A stretch of 64,000 nucleotides of DNA, taken from IMG/VR virus record IMGVR_UViG_3300012351_000008, positions 15,962 through 79,961 of that record, one strand, 5' to 3'. The notes under the pieces were generated by a model, which was not told where the DNA came from, searched no databases, and was given only the letters and a program-made list of their open reading frames with translations. Below are positions 1 through 9,200 of this stretch, piece by piece. How positions within the stretch are numbered: position 1 is the stretch's first letter; the number at the start of each line of letters is the position of its first letter. The position numbers and the translations under genes were made by a program. This DNA comes from a virus.

Positions 1-1
1 G

Positions 2-325
2 AATTGTACCTGCAATGATCGGTATTATCGCAAAAGCTACTGCAAGCATATGCAAATAATAGACCTCTACTATCAGCGTATCGCTGATATCTTCGCTCAC
101 GATGAGCCAGTTGTCACCGAGCCAACCCCAGATGAGATTGCTGCCCAGCATGATCTCTCATACATTGAGGCGATCACTGCTGCGTACGAAATGATCGGGG
201 CTGAGAAACATGTCCATTGTGGAGGCTGTAGGCAGATTTGCGGCGAGGGCAAGGGCGACCGATGTAAGCCCGGCTTCTGCTTCTGGAATAGCTTCTGGAC
301 AGAGGCGCAGCGCAATGCTGCATGA
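2..325 (+). CDS. SWIM-type zinc-finger protein, 5'-truncated by the window edge
   Basis: The frame is open upstream of the listed ATG and reads NCTCNDRYYRKSYCKHM, a CxC-x8-CxH SWIM pattern; Cys-rich C-terminus. Confidence 0.65.
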   Translation, partial: NCTCNDRYYRKSYCKHMQIIDLYYQRIADIFAHDEPVVTEPTPDEIAAQHDLSYIEAITAAYEMIGAEKHVHCGGCRQICGEGKGDRCKPGFCFWNSFWTEAQRNAA

Positions 326-746
326 CGTAATGACGAACGGAGATGGTGATGATTGGTATTGCCATCTCAGCAATTCGATAGAGAATGGAGAGCTAACGGT
401 GGAAATCACTTTAGAACAGTACGAGCAAGCCATAGCCGAGCATAAGCAAAAGGTTATAGAGCACAAGGATCATATCGTCGCACTGATACGTGAAGAGGAC
501 GATTTGATTGCGCTGTCAGAGCAGTACAGAGATTGGCCTCTAGAAGAGTTACGCAGTGAGTACGCGAAGTATGGTGGTGAGAGAGACACTGACAACAAAA
601 ACATGATGGCCCATTTCATCGTCATCACACGACAAGCGGACCTGTCTAGCAAAATTGATGCCAGCGAGCATGCTATTCAAGAGTTGTGGGAAGAAGTGGT
701 TGAGTTTGAGCGCGAAGTCAAGCGGTTCAAGTCTGAAATTTCGTAG
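315..746 (+). CDS. hypothetical coiled-coil protein
   Basis: Acidic helical ORF overlapping the upstream stop; start uncertain (315 or 330). Confidence 0.55.
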   Translation: MLHDVMTNGDGDDWYCHLSNSIENGELTVEITLEQYEQAIAEHKQKVIEHKDHIVALIREEDDLIALSEQYRDWPLEELRSEYAKYGGERDTDNKNMMAHFIVITRQADLSSKIDASEHAIQELWEEVVEFEREVKRFKSEIS

Positions 747-802
747 CGAGAAGAATAGTAGCAGGACAGACACAACGCTGCTCTGCGAGGAGAAGAAAGT
801 CA

Positions 803-1582
803 ATGTTCAATCCACGAGAACACCTTATGCAGCTAAAAAGTCGTGAAGGCAGCAAGGATTATCTACCAGTTGCTTGGAGACTTGTTTGGTTCAGGGAGGC
901 ATTTCCCCAGGGCTTAATTGAAACGGAATTGGTTCACCTCGATCTCGACAAGGACACCGAGGATGAGGTCTTTGCTTGGAATAGCGAAAAGCGTCGTAGC
1001 GAGAAGGTGGTAAAGACTGCCAAGGGTATCGCGGTTTTTAAGGCAACGGTGAAAGATGGCATAGGTGGTGTAGCTACTGGCACTAAGTCAGAGAAAGCAG
1101 CCTCATTCGCTGATTTTATAGAGAAAGCGGAGACGGGTGCGATTGGGCGTGCCCTGGCCGCTCTTGGCTATGGTACGCAGTTTGCGCCTGAGATGGACGA
1201 GGCCCATCGTATTGTTGACGCGCCGGTAGAACGTCTTGCCGATGAGCCAGCGCCACCACGCCCACTACCAGCTTCAAGACCTATCCAGAATGCCCCTGTA
1301 AATACGTCTAAATCACAACAGAATGGCGCTGGTGAGCCCGTAACGGAACAACAAGAGAAGAAGCCGCTCTCTGTTAAAGAATACTTTAGCGTGGTCTACA
1401 GGCACGCGCTAGCCCTGAAGCAATTCAGTTTTGGTGAAACTGCTGGTGACAAAGAGAAGATGCAGGCGTTTCTCGATTTCGCTGGCCCGGTTGTTGGCAC
1501 AACTCTTACCAGTGTTGGACATCTTACGAAGTCACGGCTGGATGACATTGAAGCGTATCTGAACGCCAAAGACGCGGCATAG
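803..1582 (+). CDS. single-strand annealing recombinase (Rad52/Sak-like)
   Basis: KDYLPVAWRLVWFR...AVFKATV...EKAETGAIGRALAALGYG resembles phage SSAP motifs; early-gene context. Confidence 0.65.
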   Translation: MFNPREHLMQLKSREGSKDYLPVAWRLVWFREAFPQGLIETELVHLDLDKDTEDEVFAWNSEKRRSEKVVKTAKGIAVFKATVKDGIGGVATGTKSEKAASFADFIEKAETGAIGRALAALGYGTQFAPEMDEAHRIVDAPVERLADEPAPPRPLPASRPIQNAPVNTSKSQQNGAGEPVTEQQEKKPLSVKEYFSVVYRHALALKQFSFGETAGDKEKMQAFLDFAGPVVGTTLTSVGHLTKSRLDDIEAYLNAKDAA

Positions 1583-1629
1583 TGTAGTGAGTTGGGCCGG
1601 TTCGCGCTGGCCCCTCGAAAGGAATCATC

Positions 1630-2424
1630 ATGACAACAAGGACAAATAGACAACAGTTCGTCAAGACAGAAGTACTCAACGTGTTAAGACAAGGATCAAC
1701 GAAAGAGACGTTCTATTACCTCCCATCGGGCCAACTAGAGCGCAAGCTTTACCAGGAAGTCAACGAAGTGCTTGAGCGAATCGGCGGCAAATGGAACGGG
1801 AAAGCAAAAGCGCATGTGTTTGAGATTGACCCGGCCCAACTACTTGAACTTGTCTCTACCACTGGCGAGATGCCACCAAAGAACCCGACTGCATTCTTTC
1901 CTACACCTGAGCCTGTGATCGCTGAACTGTTGCGTGGTGGTATTCCGGCCCATGCATGGCACATTCTTGAGCCATCAGCAGGGAAGGGAAACATTGCTGA
2001 AGCGATACGCACCTACTGTCTTGACCACAATGTCGATGCTGTGTTCGGTTGCTGTGAGATTGTTCCGCGCTTCCGTGATGTGTTGCAGGAGAAGGGTTTT
2101 AGGGTTCTGGACGAGCCTGATTTCCTTCAGTATCAACCCGACTTCCTCTATGACTTCATAATTATGAATCCCCCTTTTGCCGTAGAGGGTGATGCGCTAG
2201 CATATGTGACCCACATAGAGCACGCATGGTCACTGTTAGCCCCTGGTGGTGAGCTACGTGCGGTTGCACCGGCTGGCTTCGCGTTCAGAGACGATAAGCG
2301 GGTTGTCCATTTACGTAGCCTTGTAGAGAAGTACGGAACGTGGGAAAAGTTGGAAGGCAAGTCATTTACTGAGAGTGGTACAGGAGTAGCAACCGTGATA
2401 CTCTCCATGCAAAAAGCATCGTAG
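1630..2424 (+). CDS. orphan N6-adenine DNA methyltransferase
   Basis: SAM-binding motif ILEPSAGKG and catalytic IIMNPPF; GAAAGGA RBS. Confidence 0.88.
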   Translation: MTTRTNRQQFVKTEVLNVLRQGSTKETFYYLPSGQLERKLYQEVNEVLERIGGKWNGKAKAHVFEIDPAQLLELVSTTGEMPPKNPTAFFPTPEPVIAELLRGGIPAHAWHILEPSAGKGNIAEAIRTYCLDHNVDAVFGCCEIVPRFRDVLQEKGFRVLDEPDFLQYQPDFLYDFIIMNPPFAVEGDALAYVTHIEHAWSLLAPGGELRAVAPAGFAFRDDKRVVHLRSLVEKYGTWEKLEGKSFTESGTGVATVILSMQKAS

Positions 2425-2483
2425 CGCATAGTAGTGAGCAGGGCCGGTTCGTGTTCGGGCTGGCTCTGCAGGAAAGGATAACC

Positions 2484-2726
2484 ATGAAGATAGCCGGATA
2501 TATTATCCATACCGAGGTTTTAGAGTGGGGAGCTTTTGAGCCAAAGACGGTGCGATCAATCGTGCATCGCCAGTGTGCTTGGAATGGCGATATGCTCTAT
2601 CCTGAAGATGAAATGGACCTGCAGAAGATTCCGATAGAGCAAGCGCCACAATATGCTTGTTCGGCTTGTGGGAAATTGCTTTCTGAGCCTGCATGGTTTA
2701 CTTTCCAAGCGGAGAGGATACGTTAA
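2484..2726 (+). CDS. hypothetical protein with CxxC
   Basis: GAAAGGA RBS before ATG 2484; HRQC and CSAC motifs. Confidence 0.55.
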   Translation: MKIAGYIIHTEVLEWGAFEPKTVRSIVHRQCAWNGDMLYPEDEMDLQKIPIEQAPQYACSACGKLLSEPAWFTFQAERIR

Positions 2727-2870
2727 TGTGTGATTGCCCTGATTGCACGATAACAATGGCAATTGTGCTATGGTACATCTCAACTGAAGTGTGGCTAGGT
2801 CGTCGGCGTCGGTATCATCACAAGCCTGCAGAAAGCGGTGTGATCAGGATATGGGCCAGGAGGTAGCACA

Positions 2871-3368
2871 GTGGTATATATGCTGAAAGAGTGGGAACCG
2901 CAAGAAGGGAAGATGCCTTGCCTGTCCATTGCGCAGCCTTTCGCTATGGCGATTATTCAGCGCAAGAAGAAAATCGAACTGCGCACATGGGGCACACACT
3001 ACAAAGGGCTCATTGCTCTCCAAGCTGGAAAGACATGGTACGGAGGCGTGAAGATACCGGGACACCCTACCGAAGCACAAATGCGCCCGATCAAAGAGTT
3101 TGCGCGGAAGTATCAGCTCCCGGCCTGCGTTGGCGATTATCCCACTGGCGCGATTGTTGGCGTGGCTCGTTTAGTGAAGTGCGCCACGTTTACCAGGGAG
3201 GGCTATGAACGGTTGCGTGATCAGCACTGTTCGGATTGTGACTGGACACCGGGGGAGTATGGCTGGCAGTTCGAGGATGTGCAAGCGTTGCCAGAACCGA
3301 TCTATGGCGTTCGTGGGTATCTCGGATTGTTCGCAGTTGATGAGATCGTGCTAGGATGCGATTTGTAG
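2871..3368 (+). CDS. ASCH domain protein
   Basis: CLSIAQPFAMAIIQRKKKIELRTW...GAIVGVARL...GYLGLF matches the ASCH pattern; GGAGG RBS. Confidence 0.85.
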   Translation: MVYMLKEWEPQEGKMPCLSIAQPFAMAIIQRKKKIELRTWGTHYKGLIALQAGKTWYGGVKIPGHPTEAQMRPIKEFARKYQLPACVGDYPTGAIVGVARLVKCATFTREGYERLRDQHCSDCDWTPGEYGWQFEDVQALPEPIYGVRGYLGLFAVDEIVLGCDL

Positions 3369-3465
3369 CGTTTAAAATGTAGTTAGTGAATTATACGTCG
3401 AGCGTTACACAGGGCGTCTGTTGCCGATTGTGGCGCGATGAAAATTGAGAGAAAGAGGTTGATTG

Positions 3466-3897
3466 ATGAGAAACAAAGATCGAAAAGATAAGTATGAGCA
3501 CATCGATGAGGCAACAATGTTAGGCTTCCTAGCCAATGCTCTGTTTGATCGTGGCAATGATCGTGGCGCAACATTCCCACGATCAGATGCCGAAGATATG
3601 AGCCGTGGGTTGCGGTTCATCCCTGGTGAAGTCACTGTAGCGCGACGGAAAGGCGATAATGTTGCCTTTGTTGACCAACACTGCCATCATTCCTGCTGCT
3701 GGTATTGGCAATTCCCAGACGGCTCGCGTACGTACTACTGGGAGCGCGGCGACTACGAGCAGATTGCCGAAGCGAACGGCAAAGTGAAAGATGATGAGGG
3801 CAAGTATCCCGATGCTGTTGGGCCCTGTCCTGATTGCGGGAATATCCATACCAGGGGAGGCCATGTGAAGGCTGAGTCTGTAGGAAAGGATGCCTGA
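3466..3897 (+). CDS. hypothetical Cys/His-rich protein
   Basis: GAGG RBS; HCHHSCC and CPDC motifs. Confidence 0.6.
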   Translation: MRNKDRKDKYEHIDEATMLGFLANALFDRGNDRGATFPRSDAEDMSRGLRFIPGEVTVARRKGDNVAFVDQHCHHSCCWYWQFPDGSRTYYWERGDYEQIAEANGKVKDDEGKYPDAVGPCPDCGNIHTRGGHVKAESVGKDA

Positions 3898-3945
3898 TTA
3901 CCGCTTTTTCACACCGCCACAAGAATCACCTGGCAGCGGTATCCT

Positions 3946-3986
3946 GAAAGCCCTGGTTGAGATCGACAACCAGGGCTTTTCTTTTT
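3946..3986. terminator. intrinsic terminator between convergent genes
   Basis: AAAGCCCTGGTTG...CAACCAGGGCTTTT hairpin with T-tract. Confidence 0.8.
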
Positions 3987-3988
3987 GT

Positions 3989-4300
3989 TCAGTGGGCGTA
4001 CAGTGCTTGCCAATTCCCTCGATGTCCTGAACAACTTCCCGGCCTGCCACCACTCTTGCTATACAACCCATCATGACACTCAATCACGTAGCCTATGCCA
4101 CGGGGGAAGTTCGGGATGCATCGGAAGTAGCGGCCATTGCAAAACGCTGGATTGGGCGCGTAGATGAGCCGACCACGGGCCGCTACAAACGAGTAGTTCC
4201 AGGGATTATTATTGACGCCAGCCGCGTAAGTTGGCGTGCTACATGAGAATGTGGCGACGAGGGCGATAGTGAGAGTGATGGATGCGATGAGACGTTTCAT
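3989..4300 (-). CDS. small secreted Cys-rich protein (DUF3761-like C-terminus)
   Basis: N-terminal signal peptide; C-terminal CHDGLYSKSGGRPGSCSGHRG. Confidence 0.7.
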   Translation of the reverse strand: MKRLIASITLTIALVATFSCSTPTYAAGVNNNPWNYSFVAARGRLIYAPNPAFCNGRYFRCIPNFPRGIGYVIECHDGLYSKSGGRPGSCSGHRGNWQALYAH

Positions 4301-4468
4301 ATATTCCCCTTCAATTGTTGTGTTTTGCCTATCATATCATTGCTGAGAAGCGCCTCCAATGGGATGCCTAAAGGTCCATTATTTCGAGCAAACTACTCTG
4401 TACGGTTGTTGGATTGGCCTGTCAAATGGTTGTATTTACAAAGCGAAAAGCCTATGCTATACTCATGT

Positions 4469-4496
4469 ATGACGACTAACAGTCCTTAGATGACAT
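4469..4496. other. putative tyrosine-recombinase core site (11-6-11, dif/lox-like)
   Basis: ATGACGACTAA-CAGTCC-TTAGATGACAT; arms are an 8/11 inverted repeat; lies between a TGCTATACT -10 and the recombinase start. Confidence 0.55.
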
Positions 4497-4519
4497 GGTA
4501 AAATCAGGGAAGAAGAAGC

Positions 4520-5479
4520 ATGCAAGACATCGTAATTTATCAAACAAAAGAGGTTATGACGCTAGATCAATGTATTCTAGCCTGGATTGCCGCCAAGAAA
4601 GGGAGATCAAACAGTAGCAAGACAGAAAAAGCCTATCGAGAAACACTTGGACAGTTTCGTTTGCTGTTGCAGGGGTATAAACGTGATCTCGATAGTGATC
4701 CTGGTATTATTGCGCCGCTGGCCCAGGGGTGGGCAGAGCAGACCACCAGTACACGACGTACTGAGGTGACACCTGCAACGTATAACCAGCGTCTAGCAAT
4801 TCTCTCAAGCTTCTATGAGTATGCGATCAAAAATGAAGTGCTGCAGCGTAACCCGATTGAACGTGTAGAGCGGCGTAATCCAAACAAACAATATCAAGCC
4901 AAACAAATTGATACCAAGAAAGTTAAAACCGGCCTGGCTGCCATTGATCGCTCTACAGATGAAGGTAAGCGGGATTATGCAATCCTGAGTATTATGCTGG
5001 CAACTGGAAAGCGTGTGTCAGAAATTGCCAATATTCTTTATGGGGATATCCAAAAGCAGGGTGATACTGTGCTTCTCTCCTGGCCTCGATGTAAGGGAAA
5101 CAAAAAACTTGATCCTGACGTGCTGAAAGAAAAGACAACGAGGGTTCTATACGAATATCTCCATATGTCTTATGGCTCAAAACTTGGACATTTGGCAAAT
5201 GATGCGCCGATCTGGCTTTCCTTCTCAGATCGCAATAAAGGAAAGCAGATAGGAGCACGAACAATCCAGCGAATCTGCGAGACATATCTTGGTACGTCAA
5301 AAGCGCACGCGACTAGACACACCTGGGCCGTTGCTATGATGAACCAGAATGCTACCCTTGCTCAAATTGGGCGCGGGCTCGGACACTCCAATTTGAAAAC
5401 AACCTCAGACTACCTTGAAGAGTTGAGCGCCTATGAGAATCCGTATGCAAGCGCGTTAGAAGATATGTTTGGGATATAG
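4520..5479 (+). CDS. tyrosine recombinase (XerC/integrase family)
   Basis: Catalytic residues TGKRVSE, HATRH, LGH, TTSDY; SAM-like N-terminal domain. Confidence 0.92.
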   Translation: MQDIVIYQTKEVMTLDQCILAWIAAKKGRSNSSKTEKAYRETLGQFRLLLQGYKRDLDSDPGIIAPLAQGWAEQTTSTRRTEVTPATYNQRLAILSSFYEYAIKNEVLQRNPIERVERRNPNKQYQAKQIDTKKVKTGLAAIDRSTDEGKRDYAILSIMLATGKRVSEIANILYGDIQKQGDTVLLSWPRCKGNKKLDPDVLKEKTTRVLYEYLHMSYGSKLGHLANDAPIWLSFSDRNKGKQIGARTIQRICETYLGTSKAHATRHTWAVAMMNQNATLAQIGRGLGHSNLKTTSDYLEELSAYENPYASALEDMFGI

Positions 5480-5491
5480 GGAGATGAAGAG

Positions 5492-5776
5492 ATGACAAAG
5501 TGCCTTGAACAATTACCCCTCTTTGGGCGATTGGAACTTTCTGATGATGGGAAGCAACTCCTTCTTGATGGCATACTGCTTGCTCCAGATCAGGTGATTA
5601 CGTATCACTGCAAGAATGGAAGCGAGCAAGTACCAGCACGGGTCACCTATGATAGCCGGTACGGCTGGTATCTTCGCTTTGAAGAGTTTCTAGGTCATAC
5701 ATATCTTAATAGACCACTCACTCACAAGAGTATTCAGTATATAGTTGCGAGTAGTCAAGGAGAAAATAGCTTATGA
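5492..5776 (+). CDS. hypothetical protein
   Basis: GGAG RBS; operon packing. Confidence 0.6.
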   Translation: MTKCLEQLPLFGRLELSDDGKQLLLDGILLAPDQVITYHCKNGSEQVPARVTYDSRYGWYLRFEEFLGHTYLNRPLTHKSIQYIVASSQGENSL

Positions 5777-6036
5777 GCCAACCGACTACAAACCCACGCC
5801 TACTAGAACAACGCAATGGCATATCCTTTGTTCAATGTTTGCAGATGTGCCTCCAACAACGCGATCTGGTCACCGAGTGGCAACGGCTCTCAGGCAAGAA
5901 GCTCGTAGCCAGCAGCCCTCTAGACCGCATGATTGACGAGGCCACCGGCTACGACATGGCGATCATGCAAGAGTTTGCTGATTTTGTCTATGAATTTGTA
6001 TGGCAGTCATTTGGATTGGAGGAAGTAAAGCCATGA
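5773..6036 (+). CDS. hypothetical protein
   Basis: ATGA overlap with the upstream gene. Confidence 0.65.
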   Translation: MSQPTTNPRLLEQRNGISFVQCLQMCLQQRDLVTEWQRLSGKKLVASSPLDRMIDEATGYDMAIMQEFADFVYEFVWQSFGLEEVKP

Positions 6037-6497
6037 GTGAGTACGAAACACTCGATCTGGACGAAGAGGAAGAAGAAGAAACCGATGAAGGGTGGCAAGA
6101 ATACTGGCTTGTGGTTGGAGGCGTGAGCAAGAAATCTGAACAGGCTATTGAATCAGTCGATGGCAAAGTCTTACGTATGACAGCATCCACTCGTGGCTAC
6201 ACACGACAACTTCAGGAGACAAGAATCAATACTTATTACCCTGGGGTTCCTCCTATCTATGCCGTGTGCCTGCTCTACCTTCCAGACGATGATGATCAGG
6301 GATTCAGTTTCTTTACCGATGATGGAGAGAAGGCCCGTCATTTTTTCATTGCCTCTGCTGATGAGCACCATGATCTGTATATCTATTGCGACGATGGTTC
6401 TATTCCACGATTTGAATCAGATACAACGCAGCTCCGCTTAGTTACCGAGGAAGAATGGTTTGCTATTGCAGACGCGAAGGGGGAAAGTAAGTCATGA
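6033..6497 (+). CDS. hypothetical acidic protein
   Basis: ATGA overlap; GGAGG RBS. Confidence 0.65.
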   Translation: MSEYETLDLDEEEEEETDEGWQEYWLVVGGVSKKSEQAIESVDGKVLRMTASTRGYTRQLQETRINTYYPGVPPIYAVCLLYLPDDDDQGFSFFTDDGEKARHFFIASADEHHDLYIYCDDGSIPRFESDTTQLRLVTEEEWFAIADAKGESKS

Positions 6498-6778
6498 GTG
6501 AGAGGTTTCAAGCTCTATCAGATGGCTATAGCTGGAAAGTCATTGACACCGAAATCACACATTTTATCCGTGGGCGCGGACATGTCGTCCATCACGTCCA
6601 GTGGTGCCAGGATGAGCAAGAAGCGTGCAGCATCGCTGATAACCTTAATAAGACACGAGGGCACGCAGCTAACGAACCGAAATGTTGTGTTTGCGGCTCG
6701 CAACCTGCCGGGCCTGCCGGTGAAGAGAATCCGCGTTGTGGCCCCTGCTGGTCCAAATTGGCAGACATGCATGGATAG
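6494..6778 (+). CDS. hypothetical protein with C-terminal zinc-finger-like Cys pairs
   Basis: ATGA overlap; CCVC...CGPC. Confidence 0.6.
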   Translation: MSERFQALSDGYSWKVIDTEITHFIRGRGHVVHHVQWCQDEQEACSIADNLNKTRGHAANEPKCCVCGSQPAGPAGEENPRCGPCWSKLADMHG

Positions 6779-6992
6779 AGAAACGATGAGGCAAGAACTA
6801 CAAACCCGTCTCTGGCAACACGACAACCTCTGGCGCATTCAGTCCCTTCGCCAACTACAGGACCGTCACGGCACGCTGCAAGATGCCTGGGAGAGCCGCC
6901 GTGACGAGGATGGGCACGTTCTGTTCTTCGAGACGGAGGAGCAGGCCAGGGAGCATATGGACAGTGAAGCAAAGAAAGTTGAGGAAGAATAA
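6771..6992 (+). CDS. hypothetical protein
   Basis: ATG at 6771 overlaps the previous stop; fills the operon. Confidence 0.55.
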   Translation: MDRETMRQELQTRLWQHDNLWRIQSLRQLQDRHGTLQDAWESRRDEDGHVLFFETEEQAREHMDSEAKKVEEE

Positions 6993-7267
6993 TGGAAGAC
7001 GAAATAGCATCACGTGACCTACCAGATGGACGCCGGGCCTATATCATCCACTTAACCTATGGTCGGGCCCGTATCTGCATTGCTAACAAATATTGTCCCA
7101 TGAGCATCGACAACTCGTATTGATATGCTACTCCTGAGCTTGCAGTTAGCAAGTTAAACGAGTGGGACGTTGAAAAAGAAGCAGAACCCGATGGCTGGTT
7201 CCGTAGCCCCAATACTGGCAGGCGAAGACCAGATGGTGACGCGAGCAAAGAATATATCTCATGGTGA
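6992..7267 (+). CDS. 91-codon protein with in-frame TGA at codon 44 (candidate selenoprotein; alternatively a pseudogene)
   Basis: TAATG coupling to the upstream gene; reads MEDEIASRDLPDGRR...IDNSY-TGA-YATPELAVSKLNEWD...EPDGWFRSPNTGRRRPDG...ISW; hairpin at 7137-7155. Confidence 0.65.
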
Positions 7268-7278
7268 TCGCTAGTACA

Positions 7279-7319
7279 ATAAAGGTGCCCGTATGTCTCC
7301 CCAGACCCGGCACCTTTAT
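7279..7319 (+). terminator. terminator-like hairpin
   Basis: ATAAAGGTGCC...GGCACCTTTAT inverted repeat just after the 7267 stop. Confidence 0.7.
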
Positions 7320-7967
7320 CGCTGCTATTGCCAACTGAGAGGACAATTTAGCTCTATTGCTCAGATAATACAGCCTATCGAGCAACGATGTATACACTAT
7401 AGATGAATCATCGACACTTGTCTATAGAGGTTCATTGAACGCAAAAGCACCAGGCCAACAATCCGCTTTCTGGTTGTGCTATGAAATTTAATTAACATGC
7501 ACAGAATCGTTGCCCTGGTGCCTTCGCTTGAGTGGGATACCTTACTGCCTGGCAAATTCTCAAAATGTGTACCCTCTTTGGATACCGCAGCCATTATACC
7601 AGTTACCCACACTCTTGTATAGCCACATTGCATAGCATCATGCTATCACCACGAATCACGCACATTCACGGTCCTGCACTGCTTTCTCGTCGTGGCAGGG
7701 CTTTTTGTGTTGCTTTAGTACTACGTATGACTAACCCATGCAACGACGTGAATTCTCTCTACAGGCTGATTCACTTGATTTTATCTCATCAGTAATGTTA
7801 TAACTTGTATGGTTGTTCTAAATACATTTGTACGGTTGTATTATCAAGACCGTTTGAGGTTCCTCGATAGCGATAGAGGAATAACTATTGTTAGGTGATT
7901 GATACGGTTTGGAACATGTGCGCCTGAAGAGTAAGTGGTAGACACATTTTCACGAAAGGGAAACATC

Positions 7968-8150
7968 ATGACGCAACGTAACCAGTACACACAATTGTCT
8001 TTCTGGCAAGAACCAGAACAGCAGTCCTTGTGGACAGATGAAGAATTGGACAACTTACCTGTAGAGTGGCCCATGAAACCGTTGGCAGAAGTGCGGCAGA
8101 TCGTACAATTGGAGTTGCCGTTTGAGTATGAGGATGAAACTGTAGGGTAA
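7968..8150 (+). CDS. small acidic protein with QLxF-like motifs
   Basis: GAAAGGG RBS; QLSFW, QQSLW, QLELPF. Confidence 0.6.
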   Translation: MTQRNQYTQLSFWQEPEQQSLWTDEELDNLPVEWPMKPLAEVRQIVQLELPFEYEDETVG

Positions 8151-8190
8151 AAAAAGAGCCTACCCTTCTTGTTGGGTAGGCATTTATTTT
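8149..8190. terminator. bidirectional terminator
   Basis: A-tract, GCCTACCC/GGGTAGGC stem and T-rich tail between convergent genes. Confidence 0.7.
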
Positions 8191-8206
8191 GCTTTAACTG
8201 GGTGGC

Positions 8207-8710
8207 TTAGGCTGATATATCATCTCTTTCAGTCCACTCGTCAAAAGTTGGCGTTCCAATCAGCGTACACCCTCGGAAATACCCAAAGAGATGACCGATA
8301 CTGAACTCAATAGGCATATCTCTTCCTTGCAGCATCACCACGTCTGTAGCTGTACTCACAAAAGCGTTAATAATGTGTTGCTCAGTAAAGGACTGCTCTC
8401 CGTAGTCTGATTCTTCATACGCTGCAACCATGCCATAAAAGTAACCGCTAACGAAGTCCTCGCTCGCTACCAGTACGCCGGGAACCTCTTCAGTGATGAT
8501 GTGAGGCCTGGCTATTCCATCATCACCAACAACCAGGCCAGTGTTAATCGTCATGGCATGTGGGTTGCCAAGTACCATTTGTGGCTCAGATCGCTTCTCA
8601 GGTGGGAAGGCCTCGCCAGCCGCGATGTTGCGACGTTGCAGAGGTGTATATTCGAGGATACAATACTTGTTGTCGGTGTCTAACCTTCGTGGAAGTGGAG
8701 AGTGATTCAT
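8207..8710 (-). CDS. hypothetical protein
   Basis: AAGGAG RBS; 167-aa ORF downstream of the XRE gene. Confidence 0.65.
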   Translation of the reverse strand: MNHSPLPRRLDTDNKYCILEYTPLQRRNIAAGEAFPPEKRSEPQMVLGNPHAMTINTGLVVGDDGIARPHIITEEVPGVLVASEDFVSGYFYGMVAAYEESDYGEQSFTEQHIINAFVSTATDVVMLQGRDMPIEFSIGHLFGYFRGCTLIGTPTFDEWTERDDISA

Positions 8711-8799
8711 GGTAAGATACTCCTTGGAAATAGATGTAGTCCCTCGGTTCCAAGCTTAGGACTACCTACTGGCGGCGACTCGTAAAGGGTCGCCATTTT

Positions 8800-9021
8800 T
8801 TAGTCTTTAACGTACAAATTTTCGACGTTTTCCAAAGTGAGCTTTTCGCCAAGCTTTTCACTAAGCGTATTTAACACTTTGTAAGCGAACAGAGTAGACA
8901 CTGCGTTCTTTTCCTTCCCACTCTCCAACCGATTTACGGTTGATATGGACACTCCGGCGTTGCTAGCCAGATCAAACACAGACCATCCTGCTCTTTTTCG
9001 TAATTCTTTCAAATTAGACAT
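8800..9021 (-). CDS. XRE-family HTH transcriptional regulator
   Basis: LKELRKRAGWSVFDLASNAGVSISTVNRLESG; AAGGAG RBS before ATG 9021. Confidence 0.88.
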   Translation of the reverse strand: MSNLKELRKRAGWSVFDLASNAGVSISTVNRLESGKEKNAVSTLFAYKVLNTLSEKLGEKLTLENVENLYVKD

Positions 9022-9064
9022 GCGAATATCTCCTTTTTTAATTTGAAATATCTGTGGCATGCCT

Positions 9065-9200
9065 ATGGTATCTACCGAGTACGACACTGTCAATAAATGC
9101 TCCCTTATGTTCCTATGTCAGATATATCTGTGATACACCATTGACAAAACGAAGTATAACAGGTATAATTGTGATTGTCAAGATGTATCTCTGATATGTC
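9065..9200. promoter_or_regulatory. divergent sigma70 promoters with palindromic operator candidates
   Basis: + strand TTGACA(9141)-17-TATAAT(9164); - strand TTGACA(9093)-17-TACCAT; CAGATATATCTG at 9119-9130 and AGATGTATCT at 9181-9190. Confidence 0.8.

Noticed and set aside
1630-2424. Restriction-modification system
   Set aside because: No adjacent restriction endonuclease; an orphan methyltransferase is common in phages
7320-7960. ORF-poor stretch as a ncRNA or small-gene locus
   Set aside because: A few hairpins and a terminator-like run near 7665-7708, but no recognisable RNA family or convincing ORF
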